Below are positions 26,994 to 38,078 of a stretch of 64,000 nt of DNA, piece after piece; the first letter of the stretch is position 1, and every line of letters begins with the position of its first letter. The notes beneath the pieces are model-generated. The model made no database searches. It was not told the DNA's origin and was given only the letters and a program-made list of their open reading frames with translations. The stretch covers positions 231,772 through 295,771 of the forward strand of contig JBDTVZ010000001.1 in assembly GCA_040006935.1 (NCBI GenBank), given 5' to 3'. Source of the stretch: Candidatus Dojkabacteria bacterium. GTDB taxonomy: Bacteria > Patescibacteriota > Dojkabacteria > J137. The position numbers were made by a program, and so were the translations under genes.

Positions 26994-29900
26994 TTACTCA
27001 ATCCACCAATCCAACCAAACACTTGCACCTCCACTTAATTCTCGATACTCAACTTTAATGGTGTGAAGACCAGCAGTCATATTTAATGTTGCATCATCTT
27101 CCTCATATCCATGAGGTCCCCAATGATCTATTGCGAGAGTTCCGTCAATCCAGACTCTTACCCCATCATCGCTACCTTCCATAAATGTATATGTGTCTGC
27201 ATCAAAGTAGAATTGTCCCTCATATCGAGCAGAGAAGTTGTTACTACTAATTCCACTGATTGGTGAGTTCGATCCCCAATCATAATCAACATTCGATGTG
27301 TACATAGACATTGTTGGTGTTCCTGTTAATGTTGCATTATTAAAGTATTTTGCACAGAACCTTCCAACGTCCACACAATTTGATGTTTGAGTTTGAGGAA
27401 GTGTCCAAGATAATCCTGCTGTAGCATCTCCTGTTCCATCGTAATATTCCATTTTGATAGCATGAGCTCCTGCTGTTAATGTAACTGTCGAAGAATTCAT
27501 AGTTGTTGTATGCGATGTCCAATTATTTATTTTTTGAACATTATCTACCCATAACCTAACTCCATTATCTGATGTTGTAACGAACGTATAACTTCCAGCA
27601 GTTGGGAAATTAATATTTCCAGTCCATCTTGCAGAGAAATTATTACTATTTACTGATGCATCGGGACTTCCTCCCCACCAGAAATTAGAAATTGTATCTT
27701 CACATCTTGTTAGAACTGGAGAGCCAGTTAAACCTGTATTGTTATAGTATTGCGCAGTAAATGTACAACTCGCATTGACTTTGAATAGAGCAGATTTGCT
27801 TGCTGTTGCTCCGTGTGAATCTGTTGCTATGAATTCTATATTCTGTTGACCAGTCCAGTTTACTGGTGTTGTTATTGTGACAACATTGCTAGCATTGATA
27901 CTTACAGTTAGCGGTCCATTATTTGCATAGCTCCAAGTGATTGGATCTGCAATATCTGGGTCACTTCCATAATTATCTAAATCGAATGTTGTAAAGCTTT
28001 GCCCTAATACGATTGTTTGTCCTGGAATTGTATTTACAACTGGATCATTATTATCAACAGGTTCAAAGTATTGCCATACTGATGCTCCTCCTCCTATTTC
28101 TCTGTACTCACCTTTTACTTGATGAACACCAGCAGATACGTTTATAGTTTTATAATCCTCTTGGTACCCATGTGGACCCCAAGAGTCTATTACTGCTTGA
28201 TTATCTAGCCAAACTCTTACTCCATCATCAGATGCTGTCCCAAATTCATAAGTTTCTCCTGTGAAAGTAAAGTTTCCTCTCCATCTTAACGAAAATGCGT
28301 CATCGTTAGTTATTCCATGTCCAGGACCCCATTGCTGCCAGTCTGCATCCACACCATTTTGTACTGCTACAAATACTGGACTTCCGGATAGAGTAGAATT
28401 ATTGAAATATTCTACACAGTAGAGATCACTTGGAATAGTATTGCAATTCCCTCCGTACTGATACCATACTAAAGCTACGACAGCATCACCCGTCGCTTCG
28501 TAATATTCCACTTTTACACTATGAATTCCTGAAGTCAATGTTATGTCATAATCATTATTTTCCCATGAGTGACTTGTCCAGTTATCAATTCTTAGTGTGT
28601 TATCTACCCAAACCCTAATTCCATTATCTGAGTTTGTATGGAAAGTGTAATTGCCAGCCGCAAAGTTTATATTCCCTTGGTATCTTGCAGAGAAATTATC
28701 TGCATTAACAGATGGATCCGGACTATCACCATCCCACCAGAAGTTTTGAACAAGACTTTCGCACCTTGTAAGAGCTGGGGTTCCAGTTAAGGTTTGATTG
28801 TTAAAGTATTGTGCAGTGAATTGTCCTGCACATGCGTCCACCACATTATTTACTTTGAATAGCGCAGAACTACTTGCAGTAGCAGCGGAACTATCTGTTG
28901 CTGTAAATGTAACCGATTGTTCGCCCACCCAGTTTGCAGGAGTTGCTACTGTAACTATATTGTTTGAATCGATATTTACAGTTAAAGGTCCGTTATTGCT
29001 ATAGCTCCAAGTTATTGAATCTGCAATATCTGGATCTGTGCCATAAGTATCTAAATCAAATGTTGTAAAATTTTGTCCTAGGGTAACTGTCTGGCTTGGG
29101 ATTTGTGTTACTACCGGTGTACTATTTGCAACTGGAACAAAATATTGCTCTATGATTGCATTTCCACCAATTTCTCGGAATTCACCTTTTACTTTGTGAG
29201 TACCAGAATTTACTCTCATAGTCTTAGCAGTTTCCTGATAACCATGAGGTCCCCAGTCATCTATTACTAATTGATTATCTAACCAAATTCTTGCTCCATC
29301 GTCTGAAATTTCATCAAATTTATATGTTCCAGTGTTAAAACTGAAGTTGCCCGTCCACCTTATAGAGAAACTATCATCATTAGTAATTCCATGTCCTGGT
29401 CCCCATTGTCCCCAGTCAGAATCTACCACTCGTTTTGTAGTTACAAATACAGGGCTTCCGGATAAATCAGAGTTATTGAAGAATTCTATACAATATAGAT
29501 TTGTTGGAACTGAATTACAATTTCCTCCATATTGATACCATGTTAAAGATGCTACTGCATCACCTGTTGCTTCGTAATACTCAACTTTTATATTATGAGT
29601 TCCTGCAGATAAAGTGATGTCGTAATCATTGTTTTCCCAAGAGTGACTTGTCCAATTATCAATTCCTAGAGCTCCATCAATCCAAACTCTAATTCCATTG
29701 TCTGAGTTTGTATGGAATGTGTAATTACCAGCAGCAAAGTTTATATTTCCTATCCATCTTGTCGAAAAATTATCTGCATTTACTGTTGCATCAGGACTTG
29801 TTGTTCCCCACCAGAAATTATCGATAACATCTTCACACCTTGTAAGAACCGGTGCATTAGTTAAAGTTTGATTGTTAAAGTATTGTGCAGTGAATTGCCC

Positions 29901-32900
29901 TACGCAAGCATCCGTGCTAACTGTGAAGGTTGCTGTACTATTTGCAGATGCATTTGCAGCATCAGTTAAAGTAAACATTATTGATTGAGATCCTGTCCAG
30001 CCATTTGGAATTGTTATAGTTACAACTTTTTGAGTATCAATATTTACACCCAAAGAACCGTTTCCTGAATATGACCAAGTTAGTGTATCGCCAGCATCTT
30101 GATCGCTTCCATAATTATCCAAATCAAATGTTGTAAAGTTCTGTCCTGTTGAAATTGTCTGACCAGGAATTTGACTTACTGTTGGTGGATTATTTGGCGG
30201 TGTATTAACTGTAAATACTGCCGTCGAACTTGCATTGGCGCTTAAATTATCTGTGGCTTTAAAAGTAATATTCTCCGTTCCAGTCCAATTACTTGGATAG
30301 GTTAGAGTAGCTACATTATTTACAATTGAAATTGAAATATTTGTATTTCCAGAGTAACTCCAAGTTACTGAATCTCCTGCATCCTGATCACTTCCATACG
30401 AACTCAAATTAATTGTTGAGAAATTTTGACCTCTAGTAATAGTTTGATTTGGAAGTTGATTTACAACGGGTGCGTGATTTGCATTTAGTAAATCAATTTG
30501 CAATTTTGCTTTTGCCCCACCTGCATTTTCAAAGTATTCCATTTTAACCTCATGTACGCCTGCTGTAAGAGTTTTAGATCCTGCATATGGAGTCTGACCA
30601 TCTTGATCAATCCATCTATCAACAACTAAAGTACCATCAACCCACAATCGTGTTCCATCATCTGTCCATGTCGTGAAGTTATAATTCCCTCCTGCTGCAA
30701 AGTTTATATTTCCTGTCCAACGAATAGAGAAGTTATCTTGTGGACACTCAATTTGATTTGTAATTGCTACAGGATTTAATGTTCCAGTTACTGAATTACA
30801 ATAGGTAATGAATATTCTTCCTAAGCCGCCTTGTCCACCGCCTCCAGAAGGTCCATTTTGATTTCCACCGTTTCCTCCGAGTGCTGTAGATAAGTTTGAT
30901 CCAAGATTAAAAATACTTCCATGTAGAATTATAGTTCCTGCGGCACCTCCACCTCCACCACCAACGTGGCTTCCAGCATTGTTCCCGCCACTTCCATCCG
31001 CATTAATTTTACCTTGAAGATTAATTACATTAGCATATCCAAATAGAATTCCTCCTCCATTTCCACCATTATTTCCATTTATTGTTGTGATATTTCTTCC
31101 TTGATACCCACCGCTAGCTCCACCACCAGAACCAAATAATACTGAAGATTGATCATTTACACCAATACTTGATCCTCCACCACCTCCACCTGTTCCAACA
31201 TCCGGACTATTCCATGAGTATCCTCCAGTTCCAGTATATCCTAATGCTTGAGAACCACCGTTAGAACCGGCAACCGAAACTCCTCCTCCATTTCCACCAC
31301 CTACTGTACTTCCGGCTAATCCTCCTGGCTGTCCATTTACATTACTATCGGATCCACCTCCGCCTCCACCTCCTGCTGTAGCATTTGCACCACCACCTCC
31401 TCCACCTGTTCCTTCATCACCTTGGCCTGAATTTAAGAAGTCATATCCTCCGGATCCAGCTCCTCCTGATCTTAAACCTGCAGGAGATGTTGCACCATTT
31501 CCAGAACCACTTCCACCTCCGTATGAACCAGTTCCATTTGGAGAATTACCTCCTCTTCCAACAAATCCATCTGTAGACTCACCATTAATCCCTCCTAGAT
31601 TTACTCCCACACCAACTCCTCCTCTGTAACCCTTACCTTTTAGGTCAATTATTCCTAAAGTTCCCACATTTACTGTGCCGTTTGCTTTGAATGCCATAAC
31701 TCCCCCTGTACTTCCATCCCAATTTGCTACAGTGAAGATTCCGTCTATATTAATATTTCTATATTGATTGACTTTTAGAATCTGAGCTACTGAACCACTA
31801 CCCACTGTATAAGTATTATTCAAATTATTTGTTAATGTTAAATTTGTTCCTGAAATACTTGCAACGGTATTGAATTCATACTTTCCCACTCCTGTTCCTA
31901 ACATTTGAATTATTAATATACTATCACCTGCAGTAAATGCACTTGAAGGTGCTCCACTTATAGTAACAATCTTTTGATTTGCAGCAGAAGTCAATGAAAC
32001 TGCACTTCTAACAGTATCTGTATAAACTGTCTGGTTTGTAGAAACACTTAGATCTCCTTCTCTTCCATCTCCTGTTTCGTTTCCTGGAGTTACTAGAGGT
32101 ACTGGACCTCCTCCCGCCCAATCAAAATCAATTGTGTCATCACATGATGTACCTACAGGAGTTCCATTTAACTCTTTATTTGGATAATATTGACCATAAT
32201 ATTGATTAGTTGAACAAGGCCATATTGTAAAGTTTGCACTCTTAGTTGCTTCTGCATGCCAATTGTCAGTTGCTTTAAATGTAATATTTTCTGTACCAGT
32301 CCAATTTGCAGGATAAGTTAAAGTTGCTACGTTATTCGTAATAGAAACTCCAATATTAGAATTACCTGAGTAACTCCAAGTTATTGTGTCTCCACTATCC
32401 TGATCACTTCCATAACTAGCTAAATTTATATTTGTAAAAGCTTCACCTGCTCCAATTCGCTGATCCGGAATAGTTGTTATAACAGGTGCATGGTTATTTG
32501 CTGGTTGAACAAAAAATTGTGCTAATGCATTGCCCGTTGCTTCGTAGTATTCCATTTTTACAGTATGTAAGCCAGCAGTTATAGGAGTAGCTTGAGATAA
32601 GTTAACCCCGGCATTATTTATCCATTTATCTATTAATAAATTAGCGTCAACCCAAAGCTTTGTACCATCATCTGTATTTGTCTGGAATATATATGTATTT
32701 GCAGAGAAATTTATATTTCCTGTCCAACGAATAGAGAAGTGATCTTGAAAACAATCCGTTTGAAGTTGTTTTGTTACCTCTAGTGCAGAGCCTGTTATGG
32801 CATCACAATATTCTATCCTTGTTCTACCACCTCCACCATTTCCACCACCTGCTCCTTGCGAAGGTGTTCCTGGTCCTCCATTCCCGCCATTTACTAATAA

Positions 32901-35900
32901 TTTATTTGTTTCAATATTTGCAGATTTTGTTTTAAGAACTATAGTTCCACCTGCACCTGCGCCTCCACCTCCTGCTAAGTTGTAGCCTCCACCTTGTGCT
33001 GAAGCACCATTACCACCTACCGAAGTTATTTGCCCTGTAATATTTAAAACATTTGCATCTATTAAAATTGCTCCTCCACCATTACCTCCAGCTCCACTAT
33101 CTGTTCCATCTTGGCCTGCTCCTCCACTTCCACCACCTCCACCAAAGTACAATTTTTCTACTTCGTTAGTTCCATAAGTTTTTCCTGGTCCTCCATTACA
33201 CCATCCATCTGATGAAGGTGATAAGCCTCCACCTCCATCTGTTTTATTTCCACCACCTCCACCTCCGGAAGCATGTTTATTTGAGTCCCAAACATAAACA
33301 TATCCATGTCCTGGACCCCCACCGTTTGCATTTGAATCATCATTTTGCCAACAATCAACAATGTTATTATTGTAATTTCCTAAATATCCTTCTCCTGCGT
33401 GTCCTCTGTCTGGATTATTTTCTGTTGTTCTGGAACCTCCTCTATATCCTTTTCCATCAACTCCTATGTCACCAACTACTGTAACAGTTCCTGTGGCTTT
33501 TATAGCTACTATTCCACCAGTTTGACCATCCCAATTATGAGCAGTTAAATGACCATTCACAGTTAGATTATGGTATTGTGCTACTTTTACAAATTGAACA
33601 ATATCACTACCACTCACTGTATATGTATTTGCTAAAGGTGAAGTTAATGTAACTGTGTTTCCACTAATACTTTGAATAATTCCATATTCATATGTTCCAG
33701 TAGAACTTCCAACCATTGAAACTATTATTAACCTATCTCCTTTATCTAATTGATTCATTGAATTCAATTTTATTTGATTAGATCCACTTGTTGCTGTTTC
33801 TGTTAAGTTTCCACGAATATCATCTGTATATATTGTTTGAGTTGAATCTATCGTCAAATCTGGCAAACCTTGAGCTACTGGGCCTAAATTTCCCCAATCA
33901 TAATCAATATTACTTACACAATTAGTAAATTCTTCACCTCCACTTAAAGTAGAATTTCCATAATATTGCATCGCGTACTGTCCTGTTGGACATGCTACGT
34001 TTACATTAATAGATGCGCTTGCACTTCCACCTGTATTTTGAACAGTTACTGAAATTGTTTGGCTTCCCAAGCTTCTTAAATTATAGGTAGCACTTGCAGT
34101 TGATTGTCCTCCAACTGGAGTAGGTGACCAATTGTAAGTTAAGTTTGAAGCGTCCGATGGACTTGCTAAAGCAGTGAATGTATTATTTTCGTTTACATTT
34201 ATTTGATTAGATCCACTTATATATACTTGAACAGGCGCAACATCTTGAACTCTAAAACTGCCTTGAGCACTCCATCCGGAGTCACCCATTGGTGTCCAAG
34301 ATCTTACATGCCAATAATATGGATTAGCTGACGCTGTTAGATCTGTTCTTGTCCATGCACTCGAATCGATCCATCCGGAACCTTGCATCGTTCCATTAGG
34401 AATATTTCCTCCCCATACATCTACTGTGTACCTATCTCCATTTCCAGTCCAAGTCATAACTACTGGTGTTCCAGGAAGGAAACTAGCATTTTCTTGTGGG
34501 GAAAGCGGAGTAGGTGTAACTGAGCCAGGTGGACAGCTGCCTTGGCAAACTTGTATTGACGAAGCTCCATCTCTTAATCCTTGAGCTACAGCATTCAAAT
34601 CTGATACATCATGATTTGTACGTCCGCAAATTCCATGAAAACCACCATCTGAACAGATTATTACTTCATACCCAGAAGTTACTCTTATTGACTCTGTTTT
34701 ATCATTTCTTAGTTCGGAAGGTGTATCCCAGAAACTTAAGTCTGAAATTGTTCTATCGCTAGTGAATGGATTTCCATCGTTGTAATCTCCAAGTCTATAT
34801 AATTTAAATGCTTCTGGACTTCTTCTTCTAACTTGAATTGATGACGTATTATAACCGAAAGGAATTCCTCCTAAATCAGTATTTGTTCCATTTGTTTGAT
34901 ATCTTCTTGCTCCATAGTTATCATCTTCGAATAGAACTACTTCCCAATTTCCTCCAATATCAATAGATTTCAATGTATCGTTTCCAAAACCTTGGGCTCC
35001 TAAACTAGGAATATCTTGAGTAACTAAGAAACAATCTCCTTGATGATCGTTCCAAGAACCTGTAACTCTACAAATTTTAACCCAATCATTATTATTTCCG
35101 GAAGGACATACATTAGTACTATAAACTTTCATAGATTCTACGCTGTTGTACCAACCTCCAACTGTTTCTAAATTTTGTACTGATGAATTGAAACATTGTG
35201 TATTTCCGACCAATCCGATATGCTGATCACTTAAAATTACGGACCAACCTGATGGTATAGACATTGATTTATATTGAGCACCTCTATCTGGGGCTTCAGT
35301 TTCTCCTACTCCAGCTTGTACCCTAATTGATGATGGATCGTAACCAGAATTTCCGTATAGAACTACTTTGTCTCCTGAGTTTCCTCCTCCTCCCGTTCCT
35401 GTTGGGTAACATGCATCTGGAGTTCCTGAAGGTTTTAATTCACAACCGTTATTACATTGTTGAACTACGCTTATACTTCCATTACTACAGTTGAATAGAG
35501 TATTTGAGTCCAAACCTAAAGTACTTCCACAATAATTTCCATTTCCTCCACTTGGACATGTTCCACCACCTGTTGACACTCCTCTACAAACATCAGCTGT
35601 TCCCGGTGGTTTTTGAATACAACCATTCGAACAAGTTTGAGTTTCTGTTTTTACACCATTTTGACAGTTATAAAGTTTGTTAGCAGTTAAACCAAGTGAC
35701 GATCCACAATACATTCCGTTTTGACCATTTGGACAACTGGAAGTACTAGAACCTGTGCTACAGAAGTCCGCTGTTCCTTGGGCCTGAACACTACAACCGT
35801 TAGAACATTGCTGAATAAGACTATTATTCCCATTTGTACATTGATAAAGATTTGAATCGTTAATACCCAATGTGACTCCACAATATTTGCCATTTTGATT

Positions 35901-37973
35901 ATTAGGACATGTATTAGAAGATACTGGAGGGGTACATGCGGTTAAAGCTTCTAAACTAAGACCAGTAGCTTGTGCACTACAAACACCACCATCCAGTGTT
36001 ATATTTAATTGATTAGATGTATTATAATTTACGAATAAGTGACCATACCCATATACTCCATTACTTACTGCAACAAAATCTCTTCCACCTGGATATATAC
36101 TTCCCGAAAAATTAAACGTTCCATTATAATTTATTGGTACTGATATAGAAACTGGTTGATTTCCTGTAGAAAGATAAACATAACCACTTCTTGCTACAGC
36201 GCCTGAAGCATTTGGTAGAAATACATATCCGGCAACAGAGCCATAAACTTGACCATCTAACTTAAACTCACCTGCGAATTGAGTTGAAGATCCAGGGCTT
36301 GTTGCGAATTCATGATGTTGTATCAAATTTTCAATAGCAGGTTGTCCATTATAAGTCTGATCAAGGTCTTTATATAAAGACATATGTGCATGACAATTAC
36401 TTGTACCTGAATTTCCAACTTCCCCTAGTTTTTGACCATAAGTAACACTATCCCCATCTGAAACCACTCTTAAATTAAGATGCGCTACTCTCAAGGCAAT
36501 ATTAGGATTTTCACTTGAACGAACAATGATTGTATTTCCATAACCCGAGTTCGAGAAATATGAAGCTATAACAATTCCTGCGAAGGGGGAATTAAAGTTT
36601 TGATTGCAGTCATTTGCACCATTGATCCTATTCCAATCTTCTGCCAACTCATCTGCCCCATGATGAGTATCTGTACTGTGGCCATTACCTGTTAGTGCCC
36701 AATCTAAAGTATCAAAAGGCCAAAACATATGTATAGGGCTAGAATTTAAATCTACAGCTTGTTGCGAAAAAACGATATTACTAGTTTGACTTGTAGACTC
36801 ATTGCTATTTCCATTAGTTGATGGTGTATTCGTCCCAATCTCCTTATTACCACCAAAAGCAACGACTTTCCCATCAAGATTCACTGTTTGTCCTAATGCA
36901 ATATCTAAAGCATAAATTCCTGCAACTTGTGGCGCTGCAAAGCTTGTTCCAGAAACCAATCCATAAGTTCCATCAACTTTAGTTGTTAAAATATCTCTTC
37001 CTGGTGCATAAATATCAATTTGAGGTCCGTAAGTAGAAAAGCTTGATCTTTGAAGGCTCTGATCAATAGAACCGACTGCGATTGAATTTTCATAAGCTGC
37101 TGGGTAGAGCACTCCTTCTTGTCCAGTATTTCCTGCTGCAGCAACTACTATTACGTTTTTAGATTTTGCATAATTTACAGCATTTTCTAAAAGAGTAGAG
37201 GTATTAGAGCCTCCCAAACTTAAGTTAATTACTTTTGCTTCGTGATCGGCTGCATAAACAATTGCGGCAGCAACATTTGAATAACTTCCTAATCCTTGGC
37301 TATCTAAAACCTTTAATGGCATTATTTTTACATTTGGAGCAATTCCTGCAATTCCAATGTTGTTATTTATATTAGCTGCAATTATTCCAGCAACACTACA
37401 CCCATGTCCTAAATCATCATTTACATTACTTGAATTATCAATAAAATTCTTTCCATCTATTATTTTTCCTTGTAAGTCTGGATGGTTTGCACAAACTCCA
37501 CTATCAATTACTGCTACTTTTACTTCTAATTGGCTTTGCTCAGTTGTCATTGAATCCCAAACTGATTGTACATTCATTGTAGATAATGCCCATTGTTCTG
37601 AATAACTTGGATCGTTTGGTGTACTTAAAGCTGCTGCATAGTAATCAGGTTCCTGTGCTGCAACAATTGTAGATTCTGGTAAGGCTGTATTATTTGAATC
37701 TAAATTAACAACAACGGAATTCAAATTTGCGATTTCACTTACTACAGTTGCGCCAATAGATTTAATGTATGCCTGTTTCTCCTCATCAGTAGCACCTGGT
37801 TTGAAATTCACAACTACTTGGTTTGGTACAGGATCTTTTGGAATTACGACATTAGAAAGATTCTCAGATTCGGAAGACTTTTTTATATATGTATAAACCA
37901 AAGAAAACACCGACACCACCAATGTGAGAGTTAGGATGAATAACGCATACCGTGACTCTTTGAATGTTTTCAT
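26994..37973 (-). CDS. Giant exported protein: N-terminal anchor, I9-like propeptide, S8 subtilase, M23 peptidase, Cys-rich repeats, beta/gamma-crystallin-like domains, PKD, 8 PA14, 2 Gly-rich inserts, 5 cadherin/Ig-like domains
   Basis: VAVIDSG / HGCSVAG / SGTSFAAP triad; RVAHL...CHAH; FSxRW-x-G and SDDG/SDNG PA14 motifs; N-x-x-P-V-x-x-x-(I/L)P-x-Q Ig starts. Confidence 0.92.
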   Translation of the reverse strand: MKTFKESRYALFILTLTLVVSVFSLVYTYIKKSSESENLSNVVIPKDPVPNQVVVNFKPGATDEEKQAYIKSIGATVVSEIANLNSVVVNLDSNNTALPESTIVAAQEPDYYAAALSTPNDPSYSEQWALSTMNVQSVWDSMTTEQSQLEVKVAVIDSGVCANHPDLQGKIIDGKNFIDNSSNVNDDLGHGCSVAGIIAANINNNIGIAGIAPNVKIMPLKVLDSQGLGSYSNVAAAIVYAADHEAKVINLSLGGSNTSTLLENAVNYAKSKNVIVVAAAGNTGQEGVLYPAAYENSIAVGSIDQSLQRSSFSTYGPQIDIYAPGRDILTTKVDGTYGLVSGTSFAAPQVAGIYALDIALGQTVNLDGKVVAFGGNKEIGTNTPSTNGNSNESTSQTSNIVFSQQAVDLNSSPIHMFWPFDTLDWALTGNGHSTDTHHGADELAEDWNRINGANDCNQNFNSPFAGIVIASYFSNSGYGNTIIVRSSENPNIALRVAHLNLRVVSDGDSVTYGQKLGEVGNSGTSNCHAHMSLYKDLDQTYNGQPAIENLIQHHEFATSPGSSTQFAGEFKLDGQVYGSVAGYVFLPNASGAVARSGYVYLSTGNQPVSISVPINYNGTFNFSGSIYPGGRDFVAVSNGVYGYGHLFVNYNTSNQLNITLDGGVCSAQATGLSLEALTACTPPVSSNTCPNNQNGKYCGVTLGINDSNLYQCTNGNNSLIQQCSNGCSVQAQGTADFCSTGSSTSSCPNGQNGMYCGSSLGLTANKLYNCQNGVKTETQTCSNGCIQKPPGTADVCRGVSTGGGTCPSGGNGNYCGSTLGLDSNTLFNCSNGSISVVQQCNNGCELKPSGTPDACYPTGTGGGGNSGDKVVLYGNSGYDPSSIRVQAGVGETEAPDRGAQYKSMSIPSGWSVILSDQHIGLVGNTQCFNSSVQNLETVGGWYNSVESMKVYSTNVCPSGNNNDWVKICRVTGSWNDHQGDCFLVTQDIPSLGAQGFGNDTLKSIDIGGNWEVVLFEDDNYGARRYQTNGTNTDLGGIPFGYNTSSIQVRRRSPEAFKLYRLGDYNDGNPFTSDRTISDLSFWDTPSELRNDKTESIRVTSGYEVIICSDGGFHGICGRTNHDVSDLNAVAQGLRDGASSIQVCQGSCPPGSVTPTPLSPQENASFLPGTPVVMTWTGNGDRYTVDVWGGNIPNGTMQGSGWIDSSAWTRTDLTASANPYYWHVRSWTPMGDSGWSAQGSFRVQDVAPVQVYISGSNQINVNENNTFTALASPSDASNLTYNWSPTPVGGQSTASATYNLRSLGSQTISVTVQNTGGSASASINVNVACPTGQYAMQYYGNSTLSGGEEFTNCVSNIDYDWGNLGPVAQGLPDLTIDSTQTIYTDDIRGNLTETATSGSNQIKLNSMNQLDKGDRLIIVSMVGSSTGTYEYGIIQSISGNTVTLTSPLANTYTVSGSDIVQFVKVAQYHNLTVNGHLTAHNWDGQTGGIVAIKATGTVTVVGDIGVDGKGYRGGSRTTENNPDRGHAGEGYLGNYNNNIVDCWQNDDSNANGGGPGHGYVYVWDSNKHASGGGGGGNKTDGGGGLSPSSDGWCNGGPGKTYGTNEVEKLYFGGGGGSGGAGQDGTDSGAGGNGGGAILIDANVLNITGQITSVGGNGASAQGGGYNLAGGGGAGAGGTIVLKTKSANIETNKLLVNGGNGGPGTPSQGAGGGNGGGGRTRIEYCDAITGSALEVTKQLQTDCFQDHFSIRWTGNINFSANTYIFQTNTDDGTKLWVDANLLIDKWINNAGVNLSQATPITAGLHTVKMEYYEATGNALAQFFVQPANNHAPVITTIPDQRIGAGEAFTNINLASYGSDQDSGDTITWSYSGNSNIGVSITNNVATLTYPANWTGTENITFKATDNWHAEATKSANFTIWPCSTNQYYGQYYPNKELNGTPVGTSCDDTIDFDWAGGGPVPLVTPGNETGDGREGDLSVSTNQTVYTDTVRSAVSLTSAANQKIVTISGAPSSAFTAGDSILIIQMLGTGVGKYEFNTVASISGTNLTLTNNLNNTYTVGSGSVAQILKVNQYRNINIDGIFTVANWDGSTGGVMAFKANGTVNVGTLGIIDLKGKGYRGGVGVGVNLGGINGESTDGFVGRGGNSPNGTGSYGGGSGSGNGATSPAGLRSGGAGSGGYDFLNSGQGDEGTGGGGGGANATAGGGGGGGSDSNVNGQPGGLAGSTVGGGNGGGVSVAGSNGGSQALGYTGTGGYSWNSPDVGTGGGGGGSSIGVNDQSSVLFGSGGGASGGYQGRNITTINGNNGGNGGGILFGYANVINLQGKINADGSGGNNAGSHVGGGGGGAAGTIILHGSIFNLGSNLSTALGGNGGNQNGPSGGGGQGGLGRIFITYCNSVTGTLNPVAITNQIECPQDNFSIRWTGNINFAAGGNYNFTTWTDDGTRLWVDGTLVVDRWIDQDGQTPYAGSKTLTAGVHEVKMEYFENAGGAKAKLQIDLLNANHAPVVNQLPNQTITRGQNFSTINLSSYGSDQDAGDSVTWSYSGNTNISISIVNNVATLTYPSNWTGTENITFKATDNLSANASSTAVFTVNTPPNNPPTVSQIPGQTISTGQNFTTFDLDNYGSDQDAGDTLTWSYSGNGSLGVNIDTQKVVTITIPNGWTGSQSIMFTLTDAANASANSTATFTVSTDACVGQFTAQYFNNQTLTNAPVLTRCEDVIDNFWWGTTSPDATVNADNFSTRWIGNINFAAGNYTFHTNSDNGIRVWIDGALGIDNWTSHSWENNDYDITLSAGTHNIKVEYYEATGDAVASLTWYQYGGNCNSVPTNLYCIEFFNNSDLSGSPVFVTTKRVVDSDWGQWGPGHGITNDDSFSIRWTGNFSFNTGTYKFDEISDDGARIWLDNQLVIDDWGPHGYQETAKTMRVNSGTHKVKGEFREIGGNAIIEQYFVPVANSTPVVTQIPSQTVTLGQNFTTFDLDTYGTDPDIADSITWSYSNNGPLTVNIDSNNIVTVATPANWVGEQSVTFTATDSSAATASSSALFKVNNVVDACAGQFTAQYFNNQTLTGTPALTRCESLVQNFWWDGDSPDPSVNADNFSARYQGNINFAAGNYTFHTNSDNGIRVWVDNTLRIDNWTSHSWENNDYDITLTSGIHSVKVEYYEATGDAVVALVWYQYGGNCNTIPSDLYCVEYFNNSTLSGSPVFVAVQNGVDADWQQWGPGHGITNDDAFSLRWRGNFTFTGETYEFGTASDDGVRVWLDNQAVIDSWGPHGYQEDYKTINVSAGVHQVKGEYREIGGGASVWQYFEPVDNNDPVVNTIPGQTIVLGQSFTTFDLDNYGSDPDIADPITWSYANNGPLTVSINASNVVTITTPVNWTGQQNIEFIATDSHGATASKSALFKVNASCTFTAQYYNNTGLTGSPVLTRCEDTISNFWWGGSPDASVNSNNFSARWTGNINFPTAGSYTFVTTSDNGVRLWVDNVQKINNWTSHTTTMNSSTVTLTAGAHAIKMEYYDGTGDATAGLSWTLPQTQTSNCVDVGRFCAKYFNNATLTGTPTMSMYTSNVDYDWGSNSPISGISSNNFSARYEGQFYFDADTYTFMEGSDDGVRVWIDGTLAIDHWGPHGYEEDDATLNMTAGLHTIKVEYRELSGGASVWLDWWIE

Positions 37974-37984
37974 TGTAGGAGGTT

Positions 37985-38015
37985 AAAAAATAAGAAAATC
38001 CCATTTCTGGGATTT
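37985..38015 (-). terminator. Intrinsic terminator in the 5' leader of the giant gene
   Basis: Minus strand AAATCCCA-GAAA-TGGGATTT-TCTTATTTTTT ending 11 nt before the ATG. Confidence 0.65.
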
Positions 38016-38021
38016 CAAGTT

Positions 38022-38078
38022 TTATTGTTGAATACTAATAATACAGAGTGCTGTAGTTTCTAGGTTAACTTGATTCAT
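38022..38078 (-). CDS. Putative leader peptide MNQVNLETTALCIISIQQ
   Basis: 18-codon uORF stopping 6 nt before the leader terminator stem. Confidence 0.35.
   Translation of the reverse strand: MNQVNLETTALCIISIQQ

Noticed and set aside
27000-30200. Near-identical DNA repeats as a diversity-generating retroelement TR/VR pair
   Set aside because: They are in-frame domain duplications, differences do not appear restricted to adenines, and no reverse transcriptase is present
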